Shown here in pieces: positions 36,879 to 50,559 of a stretch of 64,000 bases of DNA. The notes beneath the pieces were generated by a model, which had not been told where the DNA came from, ran no database searches, and worked only from the letters and a program-made list of their open reading frames with translations. The stretch is from the NCBI RefSeq assembly GCF_000143415.4, contig NW_003314305.1, positions 867,709-931,708 of the forward strand, written 5' to 3'. The DNA comes from Selaginella moellendorffii. Taxonomy: Eukaryota > Plantae > Lycopodiophyta. The position numbers were made by a program, and so were the translations under genes. Each line of letters begins with the position of its first letter. Within the stretch, counting starts at the first letter, position 1.

Positions 36879-37249
36879 CTTTTCACTAGCAATCTTCTCT
36901 TCTCTTTGAGAGTGTGTGTAGGAGGTCCAACTTGCGGAGTGTGAGCTCTTTAAATAAGTGGGATGGAGCAAAAGCTTAAAAATGGTGGAGGAATGTTTCT
37001 CTGTGGTGACGAACCAAGCGCTCTCTCAGAAAGAACTTCTCACGAGAACTTGGTGTGGAAAGCTGGACAGATATTCCCCCACTGGAATCATCCTGATCAT
37101 CGGATTCCAATTTGGACACAAGGAGGGATTCTTCTTTAGGAGCCTGATGATGAAATGAAATGCGTGGAACTTAAGACACTATCATCAGGGTGGTGTATTA
37201 GCTGAGGTTTTTTTATGTTGTTAATCCTAAGTGGTGCTTAAAACAGGAT

Positions 37250-38080
37250 TAAAACATGTTAATACCAAGTTTTTGATATTGGAGAGAGAATCTAAAGTGC
37301 AATGGACGAACGAAGAAACAATCAAAATGTTTCAATTTGGAGAACAAAGCAGTAGTGTGGATTTCTTGCTCCTTCCCCCCTAAAACATTCGATTCCACCC
37401 CACGACATATCAATTAATATTCTACTTTGTAGCAAAAAAAAGTAGAACCACACCAATCAGCCACACAAGTTGGTACACGGATCGCTTTAGAATATTCGAA
37501 TTCTCGGGTATGATTTAACCACGCCACTACCACCACCGTGTTTGCAGCGCGTTGTGAATAGTTTTTCACCCCTCCCTCCTCTCTCTTATCAAGGTCTCAA
37601 AAAAACTTTTTAAAACACGAAGCCACGTACCCCTTTGTCTCGCACCGAGGTGTAAAAGGAGCATTTGGCTGTGGCACTCCTCTTCGATAAATCGATTGAT
37701 AGGTCCAAATTTAGCGATAATGTTTCTTTCTCGGATTCTCCATCGCCGTGTTCTTGCTAATTGGTTGATTTGTTTTCCTCGTTGTTTGTCCAAAGCAATG
37801 AGTTATCAAACGAGGGATTGACCGATGGAGCTAGGGAAGATCATCAGGGCGGCCAGTCTTCCCATCACGAACAAAGCTCCTCGCAGGGAAGCGATCCTCT
37901 GGTGATAACTTTCCGGATCTTCAATGTTATCACCGCCATTGCAGCATGGCTTTGTACCGCAGTTAACATCATCCCAAACATGAGTTTGCTCTTTTTTCGC
38001 GATGAGCTTTCTCTCCTTCTTTTGCAGATCTTTCAAAGCATTCTATGCTGCTATGCAGCGATCATTGCTTTGTTCGCAAC
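37250..38080 (+). pseudogene. Truncated inverted duplicate of COPI-associated gene 41884-42783, including its upstream region
   Basis: Reverse-complement match to ~42440-43320. An internal deletion removes the end of exon 1, and the copy stops within exon 2. Confidence 0.8.
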
Positions 38081-38084
38081 AAAA

Positions 38085-41000
38085 TTAGGTGTTCCTGTCA
38101 TGTGAACAATAATTGAATTAAATACAAATAATTTTAGTCTACAATTAGAGTAGAAATAGTTTCTAGTATATATGGTTGAGCTACCTTTTGGAATAAAATT
38201 AAATATTCAATTTAGTTATAATAAAAATAGCATTTTAACCAGACTTAACATGGGATATCTGCAATGGCTTAAGCACCATTGCTTTAAGTCATCCATGGCT
38301 TTGTTGTTGTCTCCGCTCAATTGTCATGCTACTAACATCAGGGAAGCAGGTTCTCTTAAATTTGTGGCATGTTTATTCTAAAAAAAATGAAAAAGCGTTT
38401 AGAAGAGAATAAAACATCTTACTGGAATTAGAGTCCAAACCTAAGGACAGAAAAGAGAAAAAAAGGTTAATTTGCTGGAATTGAAAAATTATAATCAAAA
38501 AGCTTTTATCAATCATGCCAAGCCATCCATTGTTGAGCTGCTCTTGTGGGTGAATGTTCTTGATCCTACAATGCACAACTTAGCCTAGCCATGAGGCAAT
38601 TGAGCATGCACAACCAGCCATGGCAGCTATGGCACTGGAAGCCTAGCCATGGCAGCCTACCACGCCTCCACACCACTGGCCATCGCCTAGTAGCCAATAG
38701 CAGCCACAACACTAGAGCTTGCTCAACCTAGCCATAGCAGCGATGGCGCTCAAGGCTGCCTGCACTAGGCCATGGTGCTAGAAGCCTGCAAAGCCATTAC
38801 AAGACCACTGAAAATTTTAGAAATACCTTTTATATTATATATAAATAAATTTGAAATTTAATAATGTTAGACGCACATTAACTATAAATATTCTATGTGT
38901 TTAAAAATTATTTCCTGTTAAATTTGATATTATATTAAGGCGATTATAAGCCAACCTATTATCTATATTTTAAAATAGGTTAGTGCTTAATATAGTTATT
39001 TATCATATTGTGTCTCAGTTTTGTAATAGTGCTTGAGAGAATAAAATATGATCTATATTAAAGATTCTAGTTATGCATTATATTTAATATACTTATAACT
39101 ATGGCAATTAATATGTGATTTCACATTGGTCCATATTTTATTTACAAACATATGGATATATTTTTTGTTTTCAACAATCACATTTTAATTGTTATAATAG
39201 CAATCAAAACATGATTGTGTTGGCATGGGGAATGCCACATATGAATCCAATTCATGCCAGCCTGGATTGCCCATGACATGTAGATACACCCAAAATTGCC
39301 ACATGTTTGGGTGGCAAAATAGTTCAAAAATAGCTCTTAATGCAAGTCTTGATCACTTAGTTTCAATCTCTCCATTACATTTGTTGGTCTAAGAAGATTG
39401 ATACCTTGGACCAGGCTATAACATGCTCCTATTGCTACCAAAGAAGCTAGATCATTTGTAATTCTCGAGGACTTTAATGCATTTCAATGGAATCCCTTTT
39501 ATGTGTGGGATTAATGTCACACGCTCTTCTTGAAAGCCCACATAAAATACTTAGCATTCATAACAAATTTATAGTCATTAGTGTGCATGAAGTTTTCCTT
39601 GTATATCGGGAGAAGGCTTTGGCCAATGTTAACATTATATATCTTTGCCATGATCACAAAGTCTAACTTTATATTGTTATTTGTTGAGATTTTTGATCTT
39701 CTTCCAAGTCAGATTGTAAAGTGAGAGAAAATTCACCCCAATCATACTAAGTACTTTAAGATTGATAATTTTTTAGTGATGTTGCATGTTTGTGTGCCCC
39801 ATTTTCCCATTTCCTTTTCTTAATGCTAGGGATAGAGATTCCACCTTTACTCCAAATTTGATTAGGTGTTAGGTGATTTGGGTTTAAATCTTTAACTTGA
39901 AATTTCTATTTCTTGTTGTTGTTTTTTTTATAGAACTCATTTTTTCTTGATTTTATGCACATTTGTTAATAAATCTTAGTAGATTATAATGTCTAGATGT
40001 CTTTTCTTGGTTTAGTGAACTTAAAGTTTAAGAATTTTTATTGAGTTGAATTTTCAAGATTGATTTTCGAGAATCTTCTTAGAGTTGTCTTTTTGTATCT
40101 AAACTTTCAAGTTTTGTATTTGAAGTCCTTGGATTATTGAGCCTCATGCTCATAATTTTCTTCAATGTTATCCCCATATACTTTATATTGAATTTTGTTA
40201 ACATCTAGCAAATTGCCAATTGTCTTATCTTTATACTATGGTAAATGATTTCAACATATTGTGCACTTTTTGGTATGTTGAGAGATTCCAAAGTTGTGGA
40301 AGAAATGAATTGCACAAGGGGTGGATGCACATACCTTCTTATATTAATATTTAATCAATCTTCCATTCTTTTTTACAATGAACTACTATTGATAGAGATA
40401 TACTAGTATATTTTTCAAATCAATAGTTGAGATAACTATTTTTAAAATTCAACTAATTATAAAGTACAAATTATATTATAAGTTCTCCATGTAAACTATA
40501 ACTAGTGATAATATTTTTGTAGATAGACTTTGTTGTGTTCTTTGAAGTTCCAAGCAAAACAAATATATGCTCATAATCACTAACTAAATGATAAAATGGG
40601 TTGAAGTTCAATCAATTGTAATTAATTTTATAAAGTCAAGTTTCCATCATTGAAGTGGTTCAAGAGGAGTTATAGGATGAAGTTTTTAAATCTGCTTTTT
40701 CAGTGTATATTTGGTTCTTTAATAAATGTCACATTCTTGAAAAAAATTTGTTAAAAAAAAGGCCTTAAGTCTTTCTTGTAAAATCTTTCAAGCTATGATT
40801 TCTTTTGCAAAATATCCTCTTGTTTATTTACAATGCACTTTTTCAAGTAAATCTCGGATTTCTTCAAATTATACACATCTTTATAGTGCATTTTCTCATC
40901 CTAACTTATATAATTTTCCTGGTTTTGTCCTTAAAACAAATTGTTTACATTTGTACTGGCTTAGTACAATATCGAAGGCCACATCTAAACTTTGATACTG

Positions 41001-41300
41001 TTACTGAGGGCTTGCAATTCCAACACCACCTCATCCATCATCCAAGCCTCCACATATTGATTAGCATCTAACACTGTGGAATCCATTGCAGCAAGTTTAT
41101 AAATTCTTGAACTCTATCATTTAATACCAATTGTTAAAACTTAGAGAAGAATTATTACACTGATGCAAAGTAAATTGCCACCCAGCCCCAAGCCCTCTGC
41201 ATCACTACTCACTCCACCTGTATCCCAAAAACCTGGATTAGAACTTAAACTGACTAAACTTACGTCCTTTAAGCTATATGGGTTAATATTAATCCCAAGA
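38085..41300. other. Decayed AT-rich, probably TE-derived insertion
   Basis: Abruptly follows the truncated COPI copy; no intact ORF; low-complexity gcctagccatggcagc repeats at 38580-38790. Confidence 0.4.
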
Positions 41301-41640
41301 TTGTTTCCTCACAAGTTCACAAAGGACGTGGGTGTGCCTTTTCACTTGGAAGCATGAACACTTGAAGAGTTGATGGAGTGCAATGCTCTAAACTTGGGAT
41401 TCATGGATGAAGAGTTTGCACAACATTTCTACTACTTTGGGGGCTTACCTAGAGAAGTGCTAGATATAACGAAGACTAGCAAAAGCCTAAAAGATATCAT
41501 GACAAAAGCAGTGTCCATTATCGGCAGTTTACGTTGAAGTGGTTCCACCTTTGTGGAGGATTTAGTTGATAAGTACCAGAGGCCAGGACATGAGAAAGTC
41601 AGTTGACTTCCACAAAAGAGTTCCTGACACCCACACATTG
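41300..41640 (+). pseudogene. Crinkler/RHS-type NTPase-like remnant
   Basis: KFTKDVGVPFHLEA*TLEELMEC..EEFAQHFYYFGGLPREVL resembles the W(S/T)LEEL..RF..FGG.PR.V signature of CRN/RHS-family NTPases. Confidence 0.4.
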
Positions 41641-41883
41641 TCTATTTCTGTGCTGAGGTGATAGCTCAAATCACCCTCTTGCCTGTTGATTATACCAACT
41701 AAACAAAAGTTTCATAACGGTACTGAAAATTTTTACTGGAAAGAAACTACGAAGTCGATCGCAATCTCGTCATTTTATGAAAAAGAAAGTGGAAAGGAAA
41801 AAAAAATCCAAACAAGCGGACATATGTGTCAAAGGCCACGCGTAGTGTACACAAATAATTTATCAGTGGGACGAGTGATTCAC

Positions 41884-42783
41884 TCACTTGGACAAGAGAG
41901 CTTGCAGCTCGTCTCTCTTTCTATCCATATCCTGTGCAAGCAAGGAAGATCATGTAGGATAAACTCAAATTGTTTTTTCGAGACGACCCACCTCGAGATC
42001 CTTGACAGCCTTCTCTCGCCAGTTGGATTTATCCACTCTAGAACGCTTGAGTTTTCCAACGCAAAGTAGACCCTGCCGAGATCAAATTCACAAAGATCGT
42101 GACTACCATCAAAGGGAAGTTTTTCTTACCGCAATAACGTAGATTGCTCCACAGGCAAGGAGTAAACCGCTTGCAACTTCCGCAAGAACAACTTGGTATG
42201 CCTTGTCTCTGTGCTCGTTTGACAAGGCCTTCGTCATCACTCCGACACTGTAGAAACTCCAAGGATCAAGGACCTGAAAGCTAAGATTTAAGAACTTACA
42301 AGATCTGTAGCATGCCTCGTCCGACCCAGTACTCGAGAACCTGATACACATTGGATAAGGTCACAGAACCTTTGAAAAGAGTTGCAAACTTACTCGCCAG
42401 AATTTCAATATGTGTTCCAGCTCTGTCTCCGCGACTGCTACGAACAAAGCGATGATCACTGCATAGCAGCGTAGAATGCCTTCAAAGATCTGCAAAAAGA
42501 AGGAGAAAAAGTTCATCGCCAGAAAAAAAAAGAAAAAGCACAAGCTTTGCAAACTCACGTCTCGTCCATGTTTGAAGGAGCGAACCACCGAGATGATGTT
42601 CACGGCGGTACAAAGCAATGCCGCAATGGCGGTGATAACATTGAAGATCCGGAAAGTTATCACCAGAGGATCGCTTCCCTGCGAGGAGCTTTGCTCGTGA
42701 TGGGAAGACTGGCCGGCTGCTTCTTCGTCGTGATGATCTTCCCTTGCTCCATCGGTCAATCCCTCGTTTAGAATCGACCCCAT
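41884..42783 (-). CDS. COPI-associated (TVP15-like) membrane protein, divergent paralog
   Basis: MGSILNEG..DPLVITFRIFNVIT..IFEGILRCYAVII..VLEYWVGRGMLQI; same six-exon layout; stop at 41884-41886. Confidence 0.82.
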
Positions 42784-43589
42784 AACTCACTGCTTTGGAC
42801 AAACAAAAAGGAAATCAACCAATTAGGCAAGAACACGGTGAAGGAGAATCCATCATCTCGACAGAGAAAGGAAGATTCCAGCTAGATTTGGTTCGATCGA
42901 TCGATTCATCGCCTACCTTATAGCGAAAGGAAGATGAGGGTTGCCACAGCCAAATGCCACACCATAGCTTCTTTCACACCTAAAGAATGCCACGCCCCCT
43001 ACGCCATGGCGACACATGGCGCGCGACAAAGGGCTACGTGGCTTCGTAGAATATTCTGTGTTTTAAAAAGCTTTTTGCTTTTAGAGGATGATAACTATTC
43101 ACAACATGACTTGGCTAAATTATTCGGATATTCAGAAGCGACATTTTTTGTTGCATTATGTGGTTCTTTTTTTTTTTACTTTTTTTTGCTACGTTTTTCC
43201 GAATATTGATTGAGGGAAAAAAATCCACACTGCTTTGTTGTCTAAGTTAAAACATTTTGATTGTGTCTTTGTTCGTCCATTGCACTTTAGATTCTCTCTC
43301 TAATATCAAAAACTTCCAATAAACATCATCATAACATGTTAAAACATTTACCATGAGAATGATAGAGCAAACTCCTTCACTCTAGACATGTCAGGCTGCG
43401 GCTCCAAGTAGTCAGTCCCGTCTTCCTTCTTATACCCTTTAAACTTGAAGTCCCGAAACTGACACCCTGGGACGATGAAGATGAGCCAGTAGTAAGGTGG
43501 CGGCAGAGTACCTCCGCACGAATATCAACGATCACCACCTCCAGGACCGGAGCCCAGAAAATCTTGTGATCCAAAGAGTAAGTACACTG

Positions 43590-43950
43590 GATGATAAAGG
43601 CTATTTCGTCAAACCGTACTTGGTCATTTTCAAGTCGGTGGATTCGTTTCTTGTCCCAGATATTGTCAAGGCTTGTCAATCCTACAGACTGTAGGATTGG
43701 GCTTGGTGGTAGAATTGGGCTTCAACCAAACCCTGCATTTTCTCATTCTTCAATGGCTGTCTTGGTTTATCCCTCCCCAGGTTTGCGGCCACCTAGGAAA
43801 CTTCCCAACGACAAAGCCTTTTTGTGCTCGATGGCTTCAACTCAAAAACTGGGAGAGGTTTTTCTGGTGTTACCAAATCCTTGTAATCACCTACACCATC
43901 CTGCAGGGACGTTTTTCTCGAAGAACTTCTTTCCAACACAAAACCAGTTT
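43590..43950 (+). mobile_element. Possible decayed retrotransposon gag fragment
   Basis: Frameshifted pieces DWAWW*NW..LQWLSWFIPP..ARWLQLK resemble retrotransposon gag motifs; no LTR or pol seen. Confidence 0.3.
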
Positions 43951-44825
43951 GCTTCTTCTCGAAGACAAACTCTTCACACCTCTTGTTTCTCGAGCCCTTG
44001 CTTCAGCTCCAGCACAGAATCCTCCGCCTATTCATCCATTGTTTCTCAAGATCTCACTCCAGCTCCAGCACAAAGTTAGCCTTCACTGGCTCCAGCTTGA
44101 TTGGTGGGCTCCTTGTTGATTTTCTTCTCTCTCCATCTTAATAGCGATTGTGGTCTTGTCAAAAATATTTCACAATCACCACTTTTGGTCAACGCTATTG
44201 TGTTATATATTAACCACTGAAAATCCCTCACTTTCATCCACACAAGTTTTAAAATCTTTGATTTAGACTTCCCAGGAAATCTCCTAACCCGGCTTTATTT
44301 GCCACTGTTTCTATGTTTGATTCTCTTATTTGCTACTTGATCGCTACTTGATCTAGCCTGGGCCAACGTGCAGTTTGTTTACAGCGATAGGCTGGCGATA
44401 GCTGTGATACATGTAGGGTAGGTACAAATATCTATTTAGTATATCGAAAGCATAGAGCTTATGAATTTGCAATGGTGTGCAAATTGCCAATACCAGAAAT
44501 TTGCTAGCTGCTCTTCGTTGGCATCGTTGGTTGCTCCAAGAATGATACTTCTTTGAGGTAAACATCATTTTCTGCATGATAATCTTCTGGATTATTTCTG
44601 AAACAATCAAGTTGATTAAGCCAAAGTTCTCCCAAGTAGCCAACATAATCTTTTGGGCAGAATTGACGGAGCTTTAAGTTGTGGTGGTAGTTAATTGGCA
44701 TTCTTCTTGTCCAAAAGGAAATTCATTTGTGAATTTGATCTGTAATGCACCGCTGGTGGTCTAGAAATAGTACTCTACCACGGGTAGTGCAATGCTTAAG
44801 ATATTTTGATCATTCCTGCTAGCTT

Positions 44826-46250
44826 TTACCGTCCCTCTTCTTCATCTTTCTTTGCAGCCTGATCCCGAAGAGCCTCAATCACCTTCTCTAGAGCCCCTCT
44901 CGAGTTCCCCCTGTTCTGGATCAACACCTCCGCGATATCAGCAGGAGTGATCTCAACCTTGGCGATCAGCTCCTCGATCTCTCCAAACTCCTTCTCAAAC
45001 TCGCCCTTCTGCGAGATCTCAAGGTGAGTCCACGCCAGCACTTTGAACGCCTCAAATCCACAGTAGCCCATCAAAATGTGAAGGTCCATCCTGCCCGACC
45101 GCAGCAGTGCGGGATCCAGATCTTCCTTGTGATTTGTCGTAAAGATGATGATCCTCTCGCTCCCGCTACAAGACCACAGCCCATCGATGAAATTCAGCAG
45201 CCCCGAGAGTGTGACCCGGCTGCTCTCTTCATCTTTCTTCTTGGCTTTCTTCCCGGACTCTCCATCTTTCTCCTTGGACTCTTCACTGGTTTCTTCCTCC
45301 GGCGCTGGCTTTGCCCTTTTTTTGAGCTCCAGCGAGCAGTCAATGTCCTCGATCACGATGATCGCCTTGTTGGAAATCCCCATGAGCAGCTTCCTCAAGT
45401 CGGCATTGCTCTTCACCTCCGTCAGCTCCATGTCATAGACATCGTACTGCGTGTAGTTTGCTATGGCAGCGATGAGTGACGACTTCCCAGTCCCCGGAGG
45501 CCCGTATAAGAGATACCCGCGCTTCCAAGCCCTCCCAACTCTCTCAAAGAAATCCTTACCAGCCATGAAGGAATCCAGGTCCTGGACGATCTTGTTCTTG
45601 AGCTCGGGATCCAGCGCCAGGCTCGAGAACGTCGAGGCATGCTTGAAAGGCACCGATCTCCACGGCTTCTTCCTGTAACCCCAGTCGTCCGAGTTTGCTA
45701 TGTTGGTGTAGAGCTGCCGGTCCTGGTTCTGGCGCTTCAAGCTCTCTCCGAGCTTGATCACTTCCCTCATGTACTCGGGCAAGAGTGTACACTTGTGCCT
45801 CCTGTGAACTTGGACAACGTACTCTCGGCGTGTTCCTCCACTTCGATCAAAATAGCTGAAGCCTCCGCCGTTGGAGGGCTCGGTGACGTTGAAGACCCAG
45901 GAGAATGTGACGCCTTTGAACTTGTCCTCCACTCGCTCGCCCCTGGTGAGGTTGCAATTCGGCTTGCTGGCGTTCTTCACTCGCGTGAACTGGATCCTGT
46001 TTGCCGAGCTCTTGGTGTTGGTGTCGGTGAGATGAGCAACGTAGAGGTCGACCAGGTCGTAGATCTCGTTGGTGTTGTTCCGGACGTACTCTGGGATTGA
46101 GAGCTCTGTCTCCCACCATAGCCAAGTTACAAACCTCTTGAGCTTGAGCTCCAGAAGCAACCAGACGTGGGGCGGAACTATCTGGTTGAGGATCATGATG
46201 AAGCCCATGAGAGAACCGAGATGGGAGAAATACCCCCCTGCCATTGCCAT
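44826..46250 (-). CDS. BCS1-like plant AAA-ATPase (AAA_assoc + AAA domain), intronless
   Basis: Walker A GPPGTGKS, Walker B IIVIEDID, TLSGLLNFIDGLWS, SRH DPALLRSGRMD. First ATG at 46250 gives 474 aa. Confidence 0.93.
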   Translation of the reverse strand: MAMAGGYFSHLGSLMGFIMILNQIVPPHVWLLLELKLKRFVTWLWWETELSIPEYVRNNTNEIYDLVDLYVAHLTDTNTKSSANRIQFTRVKNASKPNCNLTRGERVEDKFKGVTFSWVFNVTEPSNGGGFSYFDRSGGTRREYVVQVHRRHKCTLLPEYMREVIKLGESLKRQNQDRQLYTNIANSDDWGYRKKPWRSVPFKHASTFSSLALDPELKNKIVQDLDSFMAGKDFFERVGRAWKRGYLLYGPPGTGKSSLIAAIANYTQYDVYDMELTEVKSNADLRKLLMGISNKAIIVIEDIDCSLELKKRAKPAPEEETSEESKEKDGESGKKAKKKDEESSRVTLSGLLNFIDGLWSCSGSERIIIFTTNHKEDLDPALLRSGRMDLHILMGYCGFEAFKVLAWTHLEISQKGEFEKEFGEIEELIAKVEITPADIAEVLIQNRGNSRGALEKVIEALRDQAAKKDEEEGR

Positions 46251-47294
46251 CTTGCTCGTTTGCTGCTGCTGTTGCGAACACTGACCTTGCTGCGTCACTC
46301 TTATTGTGGTGTTGGCGTGTAGATGAAGCCACAACGAAGCCAGCTCCCGCGTATTTTCTTGTAGAGAAATCTTCGTCAATCTCGTGAGTCATGCTCACGA
46401 TGCGGTCAAAGGACTGTGTCAGCGGCGATAACTTTAACAATGGAATAAACTTCTACATGTCACCTGTTCCTTCTGAGGCCGCACACTAAATGAACAGTTT
46501 GAGTGATGGTCGCACGGAAGTTCCCGAGCTCGTTCCATCGAATGGGAAGTGAAAAGATTCCAGGGGAAAAAAATGTTCGCTTTTTGAAAATTTTGGTCTG
46601 CATGACTTTCATTGTTTAGTTCTTGTTCTATGAGAAGAGGACATACCTGAAGATCGATGGGCTCCTCTCGCTTGTAGTTGAAAAGAGCTTGAGAGGCTTT
46701 ACCAGGCTTGTGATAGCAAACAAAATGCGCAACAGCGTTCTCAATAGAAAGTCAATAGAAAATTAAAAAAAAACCCGCGTGGTGAATCGTCCAAGACTTC
46801 CCGAGTTGCCGGATTGGCTGCTGGTGCAATTCAGGTATGGTATCAATTTTTTCTTGCTGCTTCTTTGTCTAAATGAGGCTGCTGATAAGAATTTCTTACA
46901 GCAAGCGCGAAGATGATGGTTTTGAGCTGCTGCATCGTCAGATTACAAAGAATAATCACAATCTACAACTGGCGGTTGTTGTTGTGATTTCTGTATAGTG
47001 CAACATCCGCCGAGGTCGGTGTTTCTTGCCATAATATATTTTCTCTTCTTGGATCTTCCTTGCCTGCATGCATTGCTTGCAGCCTTGATCGTGATTTCCA
47101 GGGAAAGTTTTCCGTGCGGCGCTGTGCTGGTGTGTGCCTGTGGTACTATCACTCCCACGGCAGCCAGCGTCCATGGCCAGCTAGTTTGCTTGCTCGCGAG
47201 AATCACTGTGTTATTGTTTTTTTTTCCTTCGGGATTTGATCTCCGATTTGGCTGTGATTTATATCCTTTGGTATAGTGTTATGTTGGAGTGGAT

Positions 47295-47312
47295 CACGTG
47301 GCACCACGTGGC
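47295..47312. promoter_or_regulatory. Tandem G-box/ABRE (CACGTGGC x2)
   Basis: cacgtggcaccacgtggc; target gene uncertain. Confidence 0.3.
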
Positions 47313-48313
47313 AGGGAGGCTGCGCCTCCTAGTGTTGGCCGTGCCCATTCCTGTGATTGGTTTTTTAGTCTTTCGTGTGGGAGATAAATAGTGAGAGCTC
47401 TGCTGTATCTTCTTTCTATCTATCGTGGCCGGGCTATTGCCTGGCTCCCTCACGTTTTCTCTCATGTTATTCTCTCTTGGAATCAAATTGGTGCCAAATG
47501 CGCACTAAACATGTTGAGGACACTTGTTGTGAGCTGCTCCATGCCGGCTTAGCTGAGCTTGAACCGCAACATTATAGCAAGTACTGTCTATATGTTTTCT
47601 TGCTTCAAATTCAAAGTGTCATTCGTTTGGTCTAAACATGTTCACAACAACCAAGTTGAAGCTGATGAACCAAGTGGATTCTGCTGGATGCTGATTTAAG
47701 CAAGATTTCCAAGATTGATCCTTGAGGTACAGCTTTCTCAGATTGCTCTTTGTGTAAATATGCTCTCAAACATTAGGATGGCTTCTTGAATGATGAAGCA
47801 TATGGATGTTTATTCTGAGCTAGTGGGTGAATATAAAAAAGTAGTAAAAAGCAATTAACTATTTTGGTCACAAAACATGGGATATATCTAAAATATGCTT
47901 GAATATTCTAGGATATTCTGAATATCGTGTTTATTTTTTTATAAACTTTCTTAAACACCTTTTAATATATTCAACTGTTTTACTATTATATTCATTTTAT
48001 ATTTATTAAAAATATTCTTAAACACAATAGAAAGTGCTTATTAGTTTGGTTTATGTACATTACTCCCTAGTGTTTTATATCTTACCCAATATCCATGAGT
48101 CAAAGGCTTGATCCCTCTGGGCTAAGTCTAATGCAATGTCTCCTCTCTTTCCAGAGGTTAGGATTTGATTTAGGGGCCTCCACTTCCACTTTGGTTTCCT
48201 TTGTTTCTACAGTAGGGAGGAATGTAATTGAATTGTTGCTAGTGATTAAAATGTTTTTCCTAAGCTGAGTATGTGGTATAAACCAAACTAAGCACGTATC
48301 TCAGCCATCATGG

Positions 48314-49161
48314 CCACCAATCAGTGCCACACTTTTCCTATTCACGATCGGTCTTTCGCAAGTCATTTTCCTTTTTCCCACCATTCTTTTGCAAGTCATT
48401 TTTCTTGTGAGGTGCTAGATCAAATCCCTGGACGAGCCAATCGCCTTATCTCCAAGATTCCACAAGCCAGTGATCCATAAGAAATTGGCTGATACGGCAA
48501 GAAATCTATAGAGCTTCTTTTATCAGAGAAGGAGTTTCTTCTTGCCATGGATCCAGAGATCCGATCCAAACTGACCACTCCGATGCATTTTCTAAGCTTT
48601 TCTAAGAGCTTACCAAAGTAGTGGCTACGGTGGTCCACTCTACTCCTTTGGTATTCTAGTCGAACAGAACTTGGCCTCTTCCGAAATCCTCAGATTTTCT
48701 TGTGGCACAAAACAAAATCCATTTTCTAAGCTTTTCTAAGAGTTTACCAAAGTACTGGCTATGGTGGTCCAATCTACTCCTTTGGTATTCTAGTCGAATA
48801 GAACTTGGCCTCTTCCAAAATCCTCTGATTTTACACAAAAACAAAAGGAAACGTTAGGAATGTTACGTCCCCGCGAAGGAGATTCCAACAGCGACACGAG
48901 TGACACTTGATCGACTAGATTCTTTCTTCGAATCCATTCATACCTCCGAGGCAAAAGATTTAAAAACCCCAGACACTTGCAAAGGATCACAATGTGACTG
49001 ATTGATGCTATTGACGGTTTGAGAATAGACGCGTTCCAAATTATGTAAGGTTTCAAGGAGTAAAACCGACTATTGGGCCACTTTTGCCACCTACTTTAGA
49101 GCTATGGTACTTTCTAAAAAGTTGGTAGGGCAAATAGTGTGTTTTGACTTTAAGATGAAGG
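48314..49161. repeat. Dispersed ~850-bp non-coding repeat (non-autonomous TE-like), copy 1
   Basis: Direct homology to 57897-58765; internal ~134-bp tandem duplication (48586 and 48720). Confidence 0.85.
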
Positions 49162-50559
49162 GATGCTTTTGACTGACACAGCATTGCTCATTGAGTTTGA
49201 GAAGATCCCATGCCCGAGCTTAGAGCTGGACTTAGCCTAGCTATTCAACTGGGGGTAGTAACTACTATTCTTCATATGATGCACCTGTAAGAGCTGGCCA
49301 AGGAAAGTTTAACCATGATCTGAAATGAGGATTGTAGGGACTCTGAAATGGCATATGATGTGTTTGTCAATAAAGTGTGCTATGGAAATCTGGTTAGCAT
49401 GCTGAAAGATGGTCTAGTATTTAAGTTCTTTTGAGTTAAACCAACAGGCTTCAATACAAATCAGGCATTACATTTATTTGATCCAGATGATGGAGAAGGA
49501 AATGCATGTTAGCATTTTGTGGCAGACATATTATGTGTGTAAATCAATGGAATTATAATATTTATACAGTTATTTGTTGTTGTTTTTTGTTCTTACCAGT
49601 GTTCTTTACTATCTCAAAATATAAGCTGATTATTTTTCCAAGAATAACCTATACATATTTAGCCATCAAAAGCGCTATTGAGGGAAAACAATTTGGGAAA
49701 CAGAAAGTGCCATTTGAGGTATGTTTTGGAGAAAGTGTTATTTGAAGAGTGTCATAGCTAAATTAGGCTCATTTTATCTTATTTTTCTTAGCTTGTCCCT
49801 TTAATAGATTGAGTGGCTTTAGGAGTTTTCAATAAACTTACTTTTGTTTATAAGGATCCACTTAACATAATTGCACATGAAGCTCAAATGTCATAACCTT
49901 TAAAAAATTCATCTTAAACCAATTCTTATTTATCACAGCAACATGTTGCAAGTTTCGAGCTATTGTGGGGTAAATCATTTGATTATATATAAATTGTGGT
50001 TGCTTGTCTCTCATAGATTAGTGGCCAAGGACATAATGCACTTAAACCAAATGACATATATATATATATATCTGTGTGTGACCTTTCTCAAAAAAAAAAG
50101 TTTGAAGGTTTGAACCTCAAAATATACAAGTTATGCAGTAATGCAGACATAAGAAACACAACAGCATTGAAGGCTTCATTCATAGATTCTCAAACAGATA
50201 AGAAAAAAAACAATTGTCAATTAAATCGTTTTGCAGGGAGATGTGCTTCAGTGATGGCACCAGTTCTTCTTGATAGCTTTAACTCACCGTTGGTTCTTTC
50301 AGTCCTCAAAGTGTTTGTGGCGTTATGCAGCCAAGGCAGTGCTGATTGTGGATGACCGACAAGATTGAGGTCTTCCTGAACATAAAAGAAAAGAGAAGAA
50401 AATTGGAAGAGAGAGCTCCTAGGAATCATGCTCATAGAAAACCAGCAAATCACCACCACTTCTACGATAATACGTATTTTTACTGGTATGATCTCGGTTG
50501 ATTTTTTTGGAGGCTACAGACAAAGAATTTTCCTCGTCTCTTCCTTTAGCGTCAACATC

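Noticed and set aside
44353-44701. Short minus-strand ORFs downstream of the AAA gene
   Set aside because: No recognisable motif, splice structure or second copy.
46251-46379. N-terminal extension of the AAA ORF (517-aa track call)
   Set aside because: Starts at a non-ATG codon, and paralog similarity in frame begins near the ATG at 46250; probably 5' UTR.
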